Positions 38,406 to 47,259 of a stretch of DNA of 64,000 nt are shown one piece after another. This stretch comes from an uncultured Acidimicrobiia bacterium. GTDB taxonomy: Bacteria > Actinomycetota > Acidimicrobiia > Acidimicrobiales > AC-14. A program made the translations under genes and the position numbers. The stretch spans positions 64,001-128,000 of the forward strand of contig CAWIIV010000024.1 in assembly GCA_963836205.1 (NCBI GenBank), given 5' to 3'. Position 1 is the stretch's first letter. Each line of letters begins with the position of its first letter. The notes under the pieces are model-generated. The model searched no databases, was not told the origin of the DNA, and saw only the letters and a list, made by a program, of their open reading frames with translations.

Positions 38406-38903
38406 GTGCCAGAGGGTCGAGTCCCGGAAGGTCGAGCCCCGGAAGGTCGAGTCCAGGAGATCACCGAGGTCACGACGGAGGTGGTGGAGGCGATGGCCCG
38501 GTTGGTGCCGCAGCTGTCGCGGACGGCACCGGTGCCCACGGACGACGAGCTGGCCGAGCTCGTCTCGTCACCCGCCACCGTGCTTTTGGCCGCCCGGTCC
38601 GACGGCGGCCGCATCGTCGGGCTGCTCACGCTGGTCCTGTTCCGCATCCCCACCGGTGTGCGGGCGTGGATCGAGGACGTCGTCGTCGACCAGTCGGCGC
38701 GGGGCCAGGGGATGGGGGAGGCCCTCATCCGGGACGCGGTCCGCCGGGCGGTGGCCGCCGGCTCCCGCACCGTCGATCTCACCTCCCGCCCGGCCCGGGA
38801 GTCCGCCAACCGGCTCTACCGCCGCGTCGGGTTCGTCGAGCGGGACACCAACGTCTACCGCTTCGACCCGCGGTCGCCCACCCCTCCGCCGACGCCCGGG
38901 TAA
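38406..38903 (+). CDS. GNAT N-acetyltransferase
   Basis: IEDVVVD..RGQGMG...NRLYRRVGF; start uncertain. Confidence 0.9.
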   Translation: MPEGRVPEGRAPEGRVQEITEVTTEVVEAMARLVPQLSRTAPVPTDDELAELVSSPATVLLAARSDGGRIVGLLTLVLFRIPTGVRAWIEDVVVDQSARGQGMGEALIRDAVRRAVAAGSRTVDLTSRPARESANRLYRRVGFVERDTNVYRFDPRSPTPPPTPG

Positions 38904-38956
38904 GGACGGTCCCGCCCGTAGAATTCGGCCATGACGCAGTCGGCGACGCTCCCCCG

Positions 38957-39439
38957 ATGACGCTGGTGCGGCCCCGGTGCCGCATCTACAGCGTCGGCTA
39001 CGAAGGCACGACCGTCGAGGAGCTGGCCGACCGGTTGGCCCACCACGGGGTGTCGTTGCTGGTCGACGTCCGCCTCCAGCCGTGGAGCCGGCGCCCGGGG
39101 TTCTCCCGCCAGCCGCTGTCGGTGGCGCTGGCGATGGCCGGCATCGAGTACGTCCACGAGCCGCTGTTCGGCAACCCGCTGGAGAACCGGGAGGCGTACC
39201 GGCAGGGTGATCCCGCGGCGGTGCAGGTGGTGCGGGAACGGGTGGAGCGCAACGGCCAGGTGGCGCTCGACAAGCTCATCCGGGAGGCCCGGTACCGCGA
39301 CGTGGCCGTGCTGTGCGTCGAACGGGAGTCGAGTCGCTGCCACCGGCGGGTCATCACCGATCTGGCCAAGGACAAGGTCCTCGGACTGGAGATCGTCGAC
39401 CTCGACCTTTCCGCAGAACCCTCTCTCGACCTCGCCTGA
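38957..39439 (+). CDS. DUF488-family protein
   Basis: SVGYEG, LVDVR..P.SR.PGF and LC.E....CHR motifs. Confidence 0.88.
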   Translation: MTLVRPRCRIYSVGYEGTTVEELADRLAHHGVSLLVDVRLQPWSRRPGFSRQPLSVALAMAGIEYVHEPLFGNPLENREAYRQGDPAAVQVVRERVERNGQVALDKLIREARYRDVAVLCVERESSRCHRRVITDLAKDKVLGLEIVDLDLSAEPSLDLA

Positions 39440-39808
39440 TCAGGCCGCGGGCGGGTCGTCGGCGCATTCCTCCTCGGCCGCCTCGGCGGTGGCGTAGACG
39501 GGGAGGACCTGGTCGAGGCCGGTGACCCTGAACACCTTCCGGATCGACGTTTGGCCCGGGTCGAGCACGACGCACAGGCTCTTGTCGCCGGAACCGAGTT
39601 GCTTGCGGGCGGCGATGATCACGCCGAGCGCGACCGACTCGATGAACGTCACCCGGCGCAGGTCGAGGACCAGCCGCCGGGCGCCGTCGGCGATCACCGA
39701 TTGCAACCTCTGCCGGAGCATGGGGGCGGTCGAGGCGTCGAGATCCCCGCGGACCGAGACCGTCGCCTGCGTCCCCGACGTCCGAGCGTGCACGCTGAAG
39801 TCGTCCAT
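39440..39808 (-). CDS. STAS-domain anti-sigma factor antagonist
   Basis: GDLDASTAP, LDLRRVTFIES.ALG and FRVTGL motifs. Confidence 0.9.
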   Translation of the reverse strand: MDDFSVHARTSGTQATVSVRGDLDASTAPMLRQRLQSVIADGARRLVLDLRRVTFIESVALGVIIAARKQLGSGDKSLCVVLDPGQTSIRKVFRVTGLDQVLPVYATAEAAEEECADDPPAA

Positions 39809-40073
39809 CGGAGCCCCTCCCCGGTCGCGCAGGCTAGCCAGAGGACGGCCGGCTGTCACCCTCGCCCATCCCGCCGAACCGGTGGCGTCCAGGCGGGCCA
39901 TCGGTCGGATGGAAGGGCAGGGCCCCGCCGTCGCCGTCGCCGTCGATGTCGGTGAGGCCAGGCGCGAGGTGGTACGGGCCGCGGCCGGCTCATGCGGGAC
40001 CGGCCGACAGCCGACGCCGGTTAGACCTTGGCCAAGGGCTCGCCCGGTCGGTCGGCGTCGATGGGCATGCCGT

Positions 40074-41558
40074 TCATCCGGCGCCCGGTCGTTTTCGACG
40101 ACACCAATGTGCGCCCACGAGGATCGCCACCGCCAAGAGGAGCACCGGAGCCGGTCCGAGGGCGACGAAGAGGGTGCGTCCGGTGCGCAGCTGGACGTCG
40201 TGGCGGAGGACGGCCGGCCCGCCCAGGGCGCTCCGGGCGAGGACCTGCCCGTCGTGGTCGATGACGGCCGAGTAGCCGGTGGGCGCCGCCTGCAACACCC
40301 ACCGGCCGGTCTCCAGCGCCCGGAGCCGGGCCACCGCCACCTGCTGGGCGGGAACCTGGGCGTCGCGGTACGACGAGGCGTTGGTGGGGACGAGCAGGAG
40401 CCGGCCGCCCGCCCGCGCCGCGGCCCGGCCCCGGTCGGCGAAGAAGACCTCGTAGGAGATGAGGACGCCGAAGCGTCCCGCGGGGGTGTCGACGACGCCC
40501 GGGCCCGTGCCCGCAACCGCGTCCCGAGGCACGGCCGACACGTCGGCCAGGCGGGCGAAGAACGGGCGGGCGGGGATGTACTCGCCGAACGGCACCCGGT
40601 GGACCTTGTCGTACCGGTCGACGACCCGCCCGTCGGGGGCGAAAACGACGGAGGCGTTGCGGAAGCGGTCGTCGTCGACGTCCTCCGTGATCCCCACGAT
40701 CAGGGTCGTGCCCAACTCCCTCGCCAGCGCGGCGAGCGCCTGCTCCTCCGGGGAGCCGGCGAACGAGGCCACGTCGACCACGTCCTCCGGCCACAGGACG
40801 ACATCCGCCCCCGGACCGACCGCGGCCGAGGACGCCAGGTGGACCTCGAAGACAGGCGCGGCCTCGTTTTCGACCGCCCGCAGACCCCGCTCGCCGCCCC
40901 CCTGGACGGCAGCAACCGTGATCTCCCCGTCGTACCGCCCGGCTGGCGCGACCGACCCACCGAGGGCGGCGGCCACCACGAGCGCCGCCCCGACTGCCAC
41001 CGGGACGAGGCCGGCGCGTTTTCGGCGCACGGCCGTGGCCACCGCCGCGCCGGCCAGCGCGACCAGGCCGACCAGGAGCAGCCGGCCACCGAGGCGGGCG
41101 GCGGGGGCCAGCGGACCGGCGACCTGGCCCAACTCGATACCCGCGAGGGGCAGTCCGCCGAAGGGCCACACCCCCCGCACCGCCTCGGCCAGCACCACGG
41201 CGGCGGGGAAGGCGGCCATTCGCCAGCCGACCGGAGAGGCTCGGGCGGTGCTCGTCGACCCCGGCATCATCGCCATGGCGCCGGCCAGGATGGCGGCCTC
41301 CAGCCCGGCCGCGGCCACGAAGCCGGGCACGCTGAAGTCGCGCATCCACCACAGGCCGGGGACGTAGAGGCCGAGCCCGGCGGCCATCCCCGCTCCCAGG
41401 CGGGCCCGCAGCCGGCGGCCGTCGACGGCGGCGAAGACCAGGGCCGCCCCGGCCAGCCCGAGCACCCAGGTGCCGGTGGACCCGGGCCACGGCGGCAGGC
41501 TGAGCGCGAGGAGAAGCCCGCCGAGCGCGGCCGTCGCCAGCGTGCCGAGCGCGCTCAC
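40074..41558 (-). CDS. lnt: Apolipoprotein N-acyltransferase
   Basis: PFGG.P, WPE, YDKVHRVPFGEYIP, ISYEVFF (Ser in place of the usual Cys), TGYSA. Confidence 0.88.
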   Translation of the reverse strand: MSALGTLATAALGGLLLALSLPPWPGSTGTWVLGLAGAALVFAAVDGRRLRARLGAGMAAGLGLYVPGLWWMRDFSVPGFVAAAGLEAAILAGAMAMMPGSTSTARASPVGWRMAAFPAAVVLAEAVRGVWPFGGLPLAGIELGQVAGPLAPAARLGGRLLLVGLVALAGAAVATAVRRKRAGLVPVAVGAALVVAAALGGSVAPAGRYDGEITVAAVQGGGERGLRAVENEAAPVFEVHLASSAAVGPGADVVLWPEDVVDVASFAGSPEEQALAALARELGTTLIVGITEDVDDDRFRNASVVFAPDGRVVDRYDKVHRVPFGEYIPARPFFARLADVSAVPRDAVAGTGPGVVDTPAGRFGVLISYEVFFADRGRAAARAGGRLLLVPTNASSYRDAQVPAQQVAVARLRALETGRWVLQAAPTGYSAVIDHDGQVLARSALGGPAVLRHDVQLRTGRTLFVALGPAPVLLLAVAILVGAHWCRRKRPGAG

Positions 41559-41591
41559 GATGGCCTCCTTGCCGTGGTAGTCCTGGGGTGT

Positions 41592-42824
41592 ATGACCGAC
41601 CTGGCCACGAAGATGGCCGAGGCGGGGCTCACCAGCCCCATGCTGCCCGAGAACCGCGACGACCCGTACCCCACGTGGGCGTTCATCCGCCGCCACGAGC
41701 CCATTCACCACTCCCCCGACGGCACGTGGGTGCTCACCCGCTACGACCACGCCGCCGCCGTGCTGCGCGACCCCAGGTTCTCGAGCAACCCGGCCCGCCT
41801 GGCCGGCGGGGTGGACCAGCTGGCGAGCCCGTTGCGCCAGGCGGGGGCGAACGTGATGTTGTTCAGCGACCCGCCCGACCACACCCGTCTCCGGGGCCTG
41901 GTGAGCCAGGCCTTCACCCCTCGCACCGTCGACAGCCTCAAGCCTCGGATCGAGCGGCTGGTCGACGAGCTGCTCGACGCGGTGGTGGACCGGGGCGACG
42001 GCGAGCTCGACGTGCTGGCCGACCTGGCCTATCCCCTGCCGACGGTGGTGATCTGCGAGCTGCTCGGCGTGCCGGTGGCCGATCGCGAGAACTTCAAGAA
42101 CGGGGCTTCCGGCGTCTCCCGATTGCTCGACAACTACCTCGAAGACGCGGCCCGCACCGAGGCCATGGTGGCGGGGATGGAGTTGTTCCGCTACATCACC
42201 GATCTGGTGGAGGAGCGCCGGGCCCGGCCCGGCACCGACGTGCTCAGTGCCCTGCTGGCAGCCGAGGCGGAAGGCGACCGGCTCACGCACGCCGAGCTGC
42301 TCAACACGGTGGTCCTGCTCTTCGTGGCCGGCTTCGAGACCACCATGAACCTGTTGGGCAATGGGATGCTGGCCCTGCTCCGCAACCCATCGGAGATCGA
42401 CCGTCTGCGGGCCGATCCGACGCTCGTGCGGCTGGCCGTGGAGGAGCTCATCCGCTACGACGGGCCGGTGCACGTCACCGCCCGGATCGCCACCACCGAC
42501 CTGCAGATCGGCGGCGAGCGGATCCGGGAGGGCGAGCAGGTGGCGGTGACCCTGGGCGCGGCGAACAGGGACCCGGACCAGTTCCCCGACCCCGACCGGC
42601 TCGACGTCGGGCGCACGCCCAACCGTCACCTGGGCCTCGGTGGCGGACCTCATTTCTGCCTCGGCGCGACGCTTGCCCGGATCGAGGCCCAAGTCGCATT
42701 CGGCGCCGTGCTCCGCCGGTTCCCGTACCTCGAACTGGCCACCGAACGCCCGACGTTCCGTGACCATTTCGTCGTCCGTGGCCTCAACCAGTTGAAGGTG
42801 CGCATCACGCCGCCGCCTGGCTGA
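41592..42824 (+). CDS. Cytochrome P450
   Basis: DPPDHTRLR, AGFETT, EELIR (ExxR), heme motif GGGPHFCLG. Confidence 0.95.
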   Translation: MTDLATKMAEAGLTSPMLPENRDDPYPTWAFIRRHEPIHHSPDGTWVLTRYDHAAAVLRDPRFSSNPARLAGGVDQLASPLRQAGANVMLFSDPPDHTRLRGLVSQAFTPRTVDSLKPRIERLVDELLDAVVDRGDGELDVLADLAYPLPTVVICELLGVPVADRENFKNGASGVSRLLDNYLEDAARTEAMVAGMELFRYITDLVEERRARPGTDVLSALLAAEAEGDRLTHAELLNTVVLLFVAGFETTMNLLGNGMLALLRNPSEIDRLRADPTLVRLAVEELIRYDGPVHVTARIATTDLQIGGERIREGEQVAVTLGAANRDPDQFPDPDRLDVGRTPNRHLGLGGGPHFCLGATLARIEAQVAFGAVLRRFPYLELATERPTFRDHFVVRGLNQLKVRITPPPG

Positions 42825-43737
42825 GGCGGGTGTGGACAGCGACCACGTCGGCCACCACCTGTTCCGGCCGCTCGTGGAGGTCGAAGTCGGTGAGGATGAG
42901 AAGCGTCCAGCCGAGGGCGGTGAGGAGGTTCCACCTGGCCCGGTCGCGGCGGTAGCTCTCGCTGTCGGAGTGCCAGAAGGCGCTGTCGACCTCCAACGCC
43001 AACTTCACCGGCGGCGGATAGGCCATATCGAGCCGGATCGGCGGCCGTTCGGGCACATGGATGACGTACTGGCGCACGGGCGGCCGCGCCCCGTAGCGGA
43101 AGAGCATCCGCAGGGCGAAGTCCTCCAGCCCGATCTCAGTTGGTGGAGCCGCTGGCCCCCGCGCCTCGAGGATCGACCGCACGCCGCCCGCACCGCGACA
43201 CCCCGGCCCGCCGTACCGGCTCAGGTAGCGCCAGATGTGCTCGGGAGTGGTGTGCCCCAGGTGGACGGCGCTCTCGAGCATGCTCGTGGCCACGTCGATC
43301 GGAACGACGCCGGCGACATCGACCAACGTCCGCTCCGGCCGAGTAACCGTGATCCCCTGGTGAACCCGAATGTCGACCGGCGCCAGGATGCGGCTGCGAT
43401 GAGCTGTTGCGCCAACGAGTTGTGGCCGCTTGGCGATCGGCACCGAGACTTCCACCCGTGTGCTGCTGGCGCCTCGAAGGCCCCACAACCTGGCCGCGCT
43501 CCGGTGTGAGACCGCCGCACCGTCGCCGGCCGCCAGACACGCCGCGATCACCCGTTGCTCGAATGACGCAGCCACGCCAGGAACTGCGTAGACGCCGGGG
43601 TGGAGGCGGATCAGCAGCCCGGCTCGAAGCCGGCGTTTGATTTGGTCGGCGCTCAGACCTACGTGGACGAGTTCATGGCGCGTGACGATGCCGCATCGTT
43701 TTGCCGCCAGCCGTTGGACCGTCGCATCGAGGGGCAC
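42805..43737 (-). CDS. AbiEi-like N-terminal domain + DUF559/very-short-patch nuclease-like protein
   Basis: GIVTRHEL, LHPGVY, AVSHRSAARLWG, VT.PERTLVD, D.AYP...LEVDS..WH...DR.R.N.L...GW. Confidence 0.88.
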   Translation of the reverse strand: MPLDATVQRLAAKRCGIVTRHELVHVGLSADQIKRRLRAGLLIRLHPGVYAVPGVAASFEQRVIAACLAAGDGAAVSHRSAARLWGLRGASSTRVEVSVPIAKRPQLVGATAHRSRILAPVDIRVHQGITVTRPERTLVDVAGVVPIDVATSMLESAVHLGHTTPEHIWRYLSRYGGPGCRGAGGVRSILEARGPAAPPTEIGLEDFALRMLFRYGARPPVRQYVIHVPERPPIRLDMAYPPPVKLALEVDSAFWHSDSESYRRDRARWNLLTALGWTLLILTDFDLHERPEQVVADVVAVHTRLSQAAA

Positions 43738-43773
43738 GGGTACAGGAAAGCAGCGGGCTGAGACAGGAAACGC

Positions 43774-43819
43774 TCTGTGGCATGAAAAGGGGCGGGAGGC
43801 GCCCCTTTTCCTCCACAGA
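43774..43819. repeat. REP-like hairpin directly upstream of the DUF559 gene
   Basis: TCTGTGG..GAAAAGGGGCG-loop-CGCCCCTTTTC..CCACAGA; preceded by two ACAGGAAA direct repeats 21 bp apart. Confidence 0.6.
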
Positions 43820-43886
43820 CTGCGATCGGAGGAGGGCCAGGCAGTCGCCCGAGCGGGCGACGGGCGGGACCGGTAACGTGCGGCGC

Positions 43887-45368
43887 GTGCGTGAGAAGCC
43901 GCTCGTCCACCTGGTGATCCCACGGTGGGGCGGCACCGGCCTGCACCAGACGTTCGGCCACCGCATGCCCCCGATGGCGCTCCTCGTCCTCGCCGCTCAC
44001 GCCCGTCGGGCCGGGTGGGACGCCAAGGTCATCGACCAGAATTACGAACCCATCCCCAAGGAAACGCCAGACCTCGCCTGCCTCACCGTGTGGACGATGA
44101 TGGCGCCCCAGGCCTACCGCATCGCCGACGACTACCGAGCCAAGGGCGTGAAGGTCGTCCTCGGCGGCGTCCACCCCAGCCTGCTCCCAACGGAGGCCCT
44201 CCGCCACGCCGACGCGGTCGTGTCCGGCGAGGCCGACACCGTCTTCGCCACCGTCCTCCGAGACGCGGCCGCCGACACCCTCCAACGCCTGTACAAGGGC
44301 AGCTTCCAGTCGATGGACGACGTCCCCATGAACCACGAGTGGGCCGACATCCTCAAGTCGTTCCCGATCACGAGGTACGCCCCCCTCAACACCCTCCAGA
44401 CCACCCGCGGCTGCCGTTTCAACTGCGACTTCTGCTCCGTCATCCGCATCAACGGCCGCGGCTCCCGCCACAGCCCGACCGACCGGGTGGTCGAGGAGCT
44501 CAAGGTCCTCAAACGAATCGGACAGCACCTCGGCGAGTGGGCCTACGTCTTCTTCCTCGACGACGACCTCGCCGCCGACCTCGACTTCTGCGGCGAACTG
44601 TCGGAGGCCATCCTCAGCTCCGGCGTGAAGGTGAAGTGGGGCGCCCAGGCGAGCATCGGCCTGGCCCGCAACCCCAAGCTCCTCGACCTCGCCACGCGCA
44701 GCGGCCTGCGGACGATGTTCGTCGGCTTCGAGGGCATCGACCGCGAGTCCCTCCTCGAGTGCAACAAGAAGAACCGTCCCGGCGAGTACGGCGAGCTCGT
44801 CGCCCGCATCCACCAGTCGGGCGCCGGCATCGAGGGCGGGTTCATCTTCGGCTTCGACAGCCAGGGCCCCGACTGCTTCGAGGAGACGGCCACCTTCGTC
44901 GACAACATCGGCGTCGACGTGGCCCACTTCTCGATCCTCACGCCCTACCCCGGCACCGCCACCTACGCCCGCATGCTCACCGACGGGCGCATCACCAGCT
45001 TCGACTGGAAGCGCTACAACATGTACTCCTGCGTCTACGAGCCGGCCCGGATGACGGCCACCCAGCTCGAGGACGGGCTGGCCACCGCCTACCGGGCCTT
45101 CTACTCCCGCAAGCGCCGGGCGAGCCGGTTCAAGCGCTTCGCCAAGGGACGGGAGAAGGCCTTCCACCTGGCCCTGGCCGCGGCCAACCACAACTACGCC
45201 ACCCGCTACAGGCATCCCCACTGCGCCCCGGGCGACGGCTACGAGGCCGACCCCGACGACATCAAGGGCCTCCTCGCGGCCAGCTCCGCCCCTGCCCAGG
45301 AGGCCCTCAACGTGGCCTTCGAGGCCGCCGTCGCCGGCAGCCCGGTGTCGCTCATCACCAAGAAATAG
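43887..45368 (+). CDS. B12-binding-domain radical SAM protein
   Basis: VVLGGVHP, RGCRFNCDFC, FFLDDD and TPYPGT motifs. TAACGT 7 nt before the GTG suggests a leaderless start. Confidence 0.92.
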   Translation: MREKPLVHLVIPRWGGTGLHQTFGHRMPPMALLVLAAHARRAGWDAKVIDQNYEPIPKETPDLACLTVWTMMAPQAYRIADDYRAKGVKVVLGGVHPSLLPTEALRHADAVVSGEADTVFATVLRDAAADTLQRLYKGSFQSMDDVPMNHEWADILKSFPITRYAPLNTLQTTRGCRFNCDFCSVIRINGRGSRHSPTDRVVEELKVLKRIGQHLGEWAYVFFLDDDLAADLDFCGELSEAILSSGVKVKWGAQASIGLARNPKLLDLATRSGLRTMFVGFEGIDRESLLECNKKNRPGEYGELVARIHQSGAGIEGGFIFGFDSQGPDCFEETATFVDNIGVDVAHFSILTPYPGTATYARMLTDGRITSFDWKRYNMYSCVYEPARMTATQLEDGLATAYRAFYSRKRRASRFKRFAKGREKAFHLALAAANHNYATRYRHPHCAPGDGYEADPDDIKGLLAASSAPAQEALNVAFEAAVAGSPVSLITKK

Positions 45369-45414
45369 CCGTCCTACCCGTCGGAGGACGGGTCCGGCGG
45401 GCGACAGTAGGGGT

Positions 45415-45948
45415 GTGGGGACAGAGAGCACGGCCGTCGTCGACGATCCCGGGCCCGCCTTCCTCGCCCTCTACGACGACGCCTTGCCCCACATCTACGG
45501 GTACCTCCTCAGCCGGTGCGGTGGACACGTGGCCGTGGCCCAGGACCTGACCACGCAGACGTTCCTCGCCGCGGTCCAGGCGGTGCGGAACGACCGCCAG
45601 CGCCGGCTGTCGACGGCATGGCTCATGACGGTGGCCCGCAACAAGCTCGTCGACCACTGGCGCCGCCTGGCCCGGGAGGAGCGGGGCCTGCGCACCGTCG
45701 CCGCCGACCAGGCCAGCTTCCACGACCCGTGGGACGCCGAGCTCGACCACCTGCGAGCCCAGGCCGTCCTCGCCCGGCTGTCGGCCCACCACCGGATGGT
45801 GCTCACCCTGCGCTACCTCGACGACCTGCCCGTTCCCCAGGTGGCCGACCTCATCGGCCGGACCCTCCACGCCACCGAAGCCCTGCTCGTACGGGCCCGG
45901 GCCGCCTTCCGCCGGGCGTACACCGAAGTCGAAGGGGAGGCCGACTGA
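45415..45948 (+). CDS. ECF RNA polymerase sigma factor
   Basis: AQDLT..TF, WLMTVARNKLVD, and region 4 HTH. Confidence 0.9.
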   Translation: MGTESTAVVDDPGPAFLALYDDALPHIYGYLLSRCGGHVAVAQDLTTQTFLAAVQAVRNDRQRRLSTAWLMTVARNKLVDHWRRLAREERGLRTVAADQASFHDPWDAELDHLRAQAVLARLSAHHRMVLTLRYLDDLPVPQVADLIGRTLHATEALLVRARAAFRRAYTEVEGEAD

Positions 45949-47210
45949 TGGCCGATCCGTTCGCCACCCTGCGCACGCCCGTCGTGCCCACCCGACCCGA
46001 CCCCGCCTTCGAGACCCGCCTCCGGGCCCGCCTCGAGGACGCCCTCACCCTCCCCGAAGGAGTCGACGTGACCATCACCACGCTCGCAGCACCCGCCACC
46101 ACCTCCGCCGAGCGGCCCACCGCCCGCATGACCCTCACCCCCTACCTCGCCGTGGCCGACGGCCGCCGGGCGATCGACTGGTACGCCGACGTCTTCGGCG
46201 CCCGCCCCCGGAGCGAGCCCATCGTGATGCCGGACGGCCGCGTCGGCCACGCCGAGCTCGACTTCGGCGGGTCGCTGGTGATGCTGGCCGACGAGTTCCC
46301 CGACATCGGCCACACCGCGCCCCGGGCGGGGGCGGGCTCGCCCGTCACCCTCCACCTGGAGGCGGCCGACATCGACGGCCTCGTGTCCCGGGCGGTCGAC
46401 GAGGGCGCCACGCTCGACCGGCCCCCGCAGGACCAGGAGTACGGTCGTAACGCCACGATCATCGACCCCTTCGGCCACCGCTGGCTGTTGTCGGAGGCGG
46501 CAGTCCCTTCGGAGCAGCAGACCCGCGGCCGCCATGGCGACGTCGGCCACGTGTCGGTCCTGGTCCCCGACCTCGACCGGGCCCAGGCCTTCTACGGCGC
46601 GGTCCTCGGGTGGACGTTCGTTCCCGCGGGGCGCCCCGACGGCCGCCGGGTCGTGGGCTCGCTGCCGCAGACTGCGCTGTTCGGCGGCCACGACCGGGCC
46701 AACCTCGTCCTGGCCTGGCAGGTGGACGACCTGGCCGCCGCGGTCGAGACGGTGCGCGACCTCGGCGGCGCCGCCTCCGACCCGGCGGAGATGCCGTACG
46801 GCCAGAGGGCGGACTGCACCGACGACCAGGGCATGGCCTTCTACCTGTGGCAGCCACCGGAGGGATCGGCATCCACCGCCGCCCAGCCCGACATCGCCTA
46901 CCTGACCCTCAACGTCGTCGACTCGGCCCGGTTCCGGTCGTTCTTCGGACAGCTGTTCGGCTGGACCTTCACGCCCGGCCGGGTGGACGACGGGTGGAAC
47001 GTCGAGGGCCCCACCCCCATGACCGGCGTCGCCGGCGGTGCCTCCCGTGCGTCGGCGGTGCCGATGTACCGGGTGGAAGACGTCGAGGCCGCCGTCCGCC
47101 GGGTTCGGTCCGCCGGCGGGACGGCCACCGCGGCCGCCACCATGCCCTACGGCCTCACGTCCGACTGCACCGACGACCAGGGCACGCCCTTCTACCTCGG
47201 CCAGCTCTAG
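45948..47210 (+). CDS. Multi-module VOC/glyoxalase protein
   Basis: LTPYLAV...AIDWY, GHAEL, DPFGHRW, then two further VOC units ending CTDDQG; translationally coupled to the sigma gene (TGATG). Confidence 0.88.
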   Translation: MADPFATLRTPVVPTRPDPAFETRLRARLEDALTLPEGVDVTITTLAAPATTSAERPTARMTLTPYLAVADGRRAIDWYADVFGARPRSEPIVMPDGRVGHAELDFGGSLVMLADEFPDIGHTAPRAGAGSPVTLHLEAADIDGLVSRAVDEGATLDRPPQDQEYGRNATIIDPFGHRWLLSEAAVPSEQQTRGRHGDVGHVSVLVPDLDRAQAFYGAVLGWTFVPAGRPDGRRVVGSLPQTALFGGHDRANLVLAWQVDDLAAAVETVRDLGGAASDPAEMPYGQRADCTDDQGMAFYLWQPPEGSASTAAQPDIAYLTLNVVDSARFRSFFGQLFGWTFTPGRVDDGWNVEGPTPMTGVAGGASRASAVPMYRVEDVEAAVRRVRSAGGTATAAATMPYGLTSDCTDDQGTPFYLGQL

Positions 47211-47259
47211 CCCGAGGCGCCGCGGCCGGCGCAGGGGGCGGCGTCGGTACGCTCCCTCC

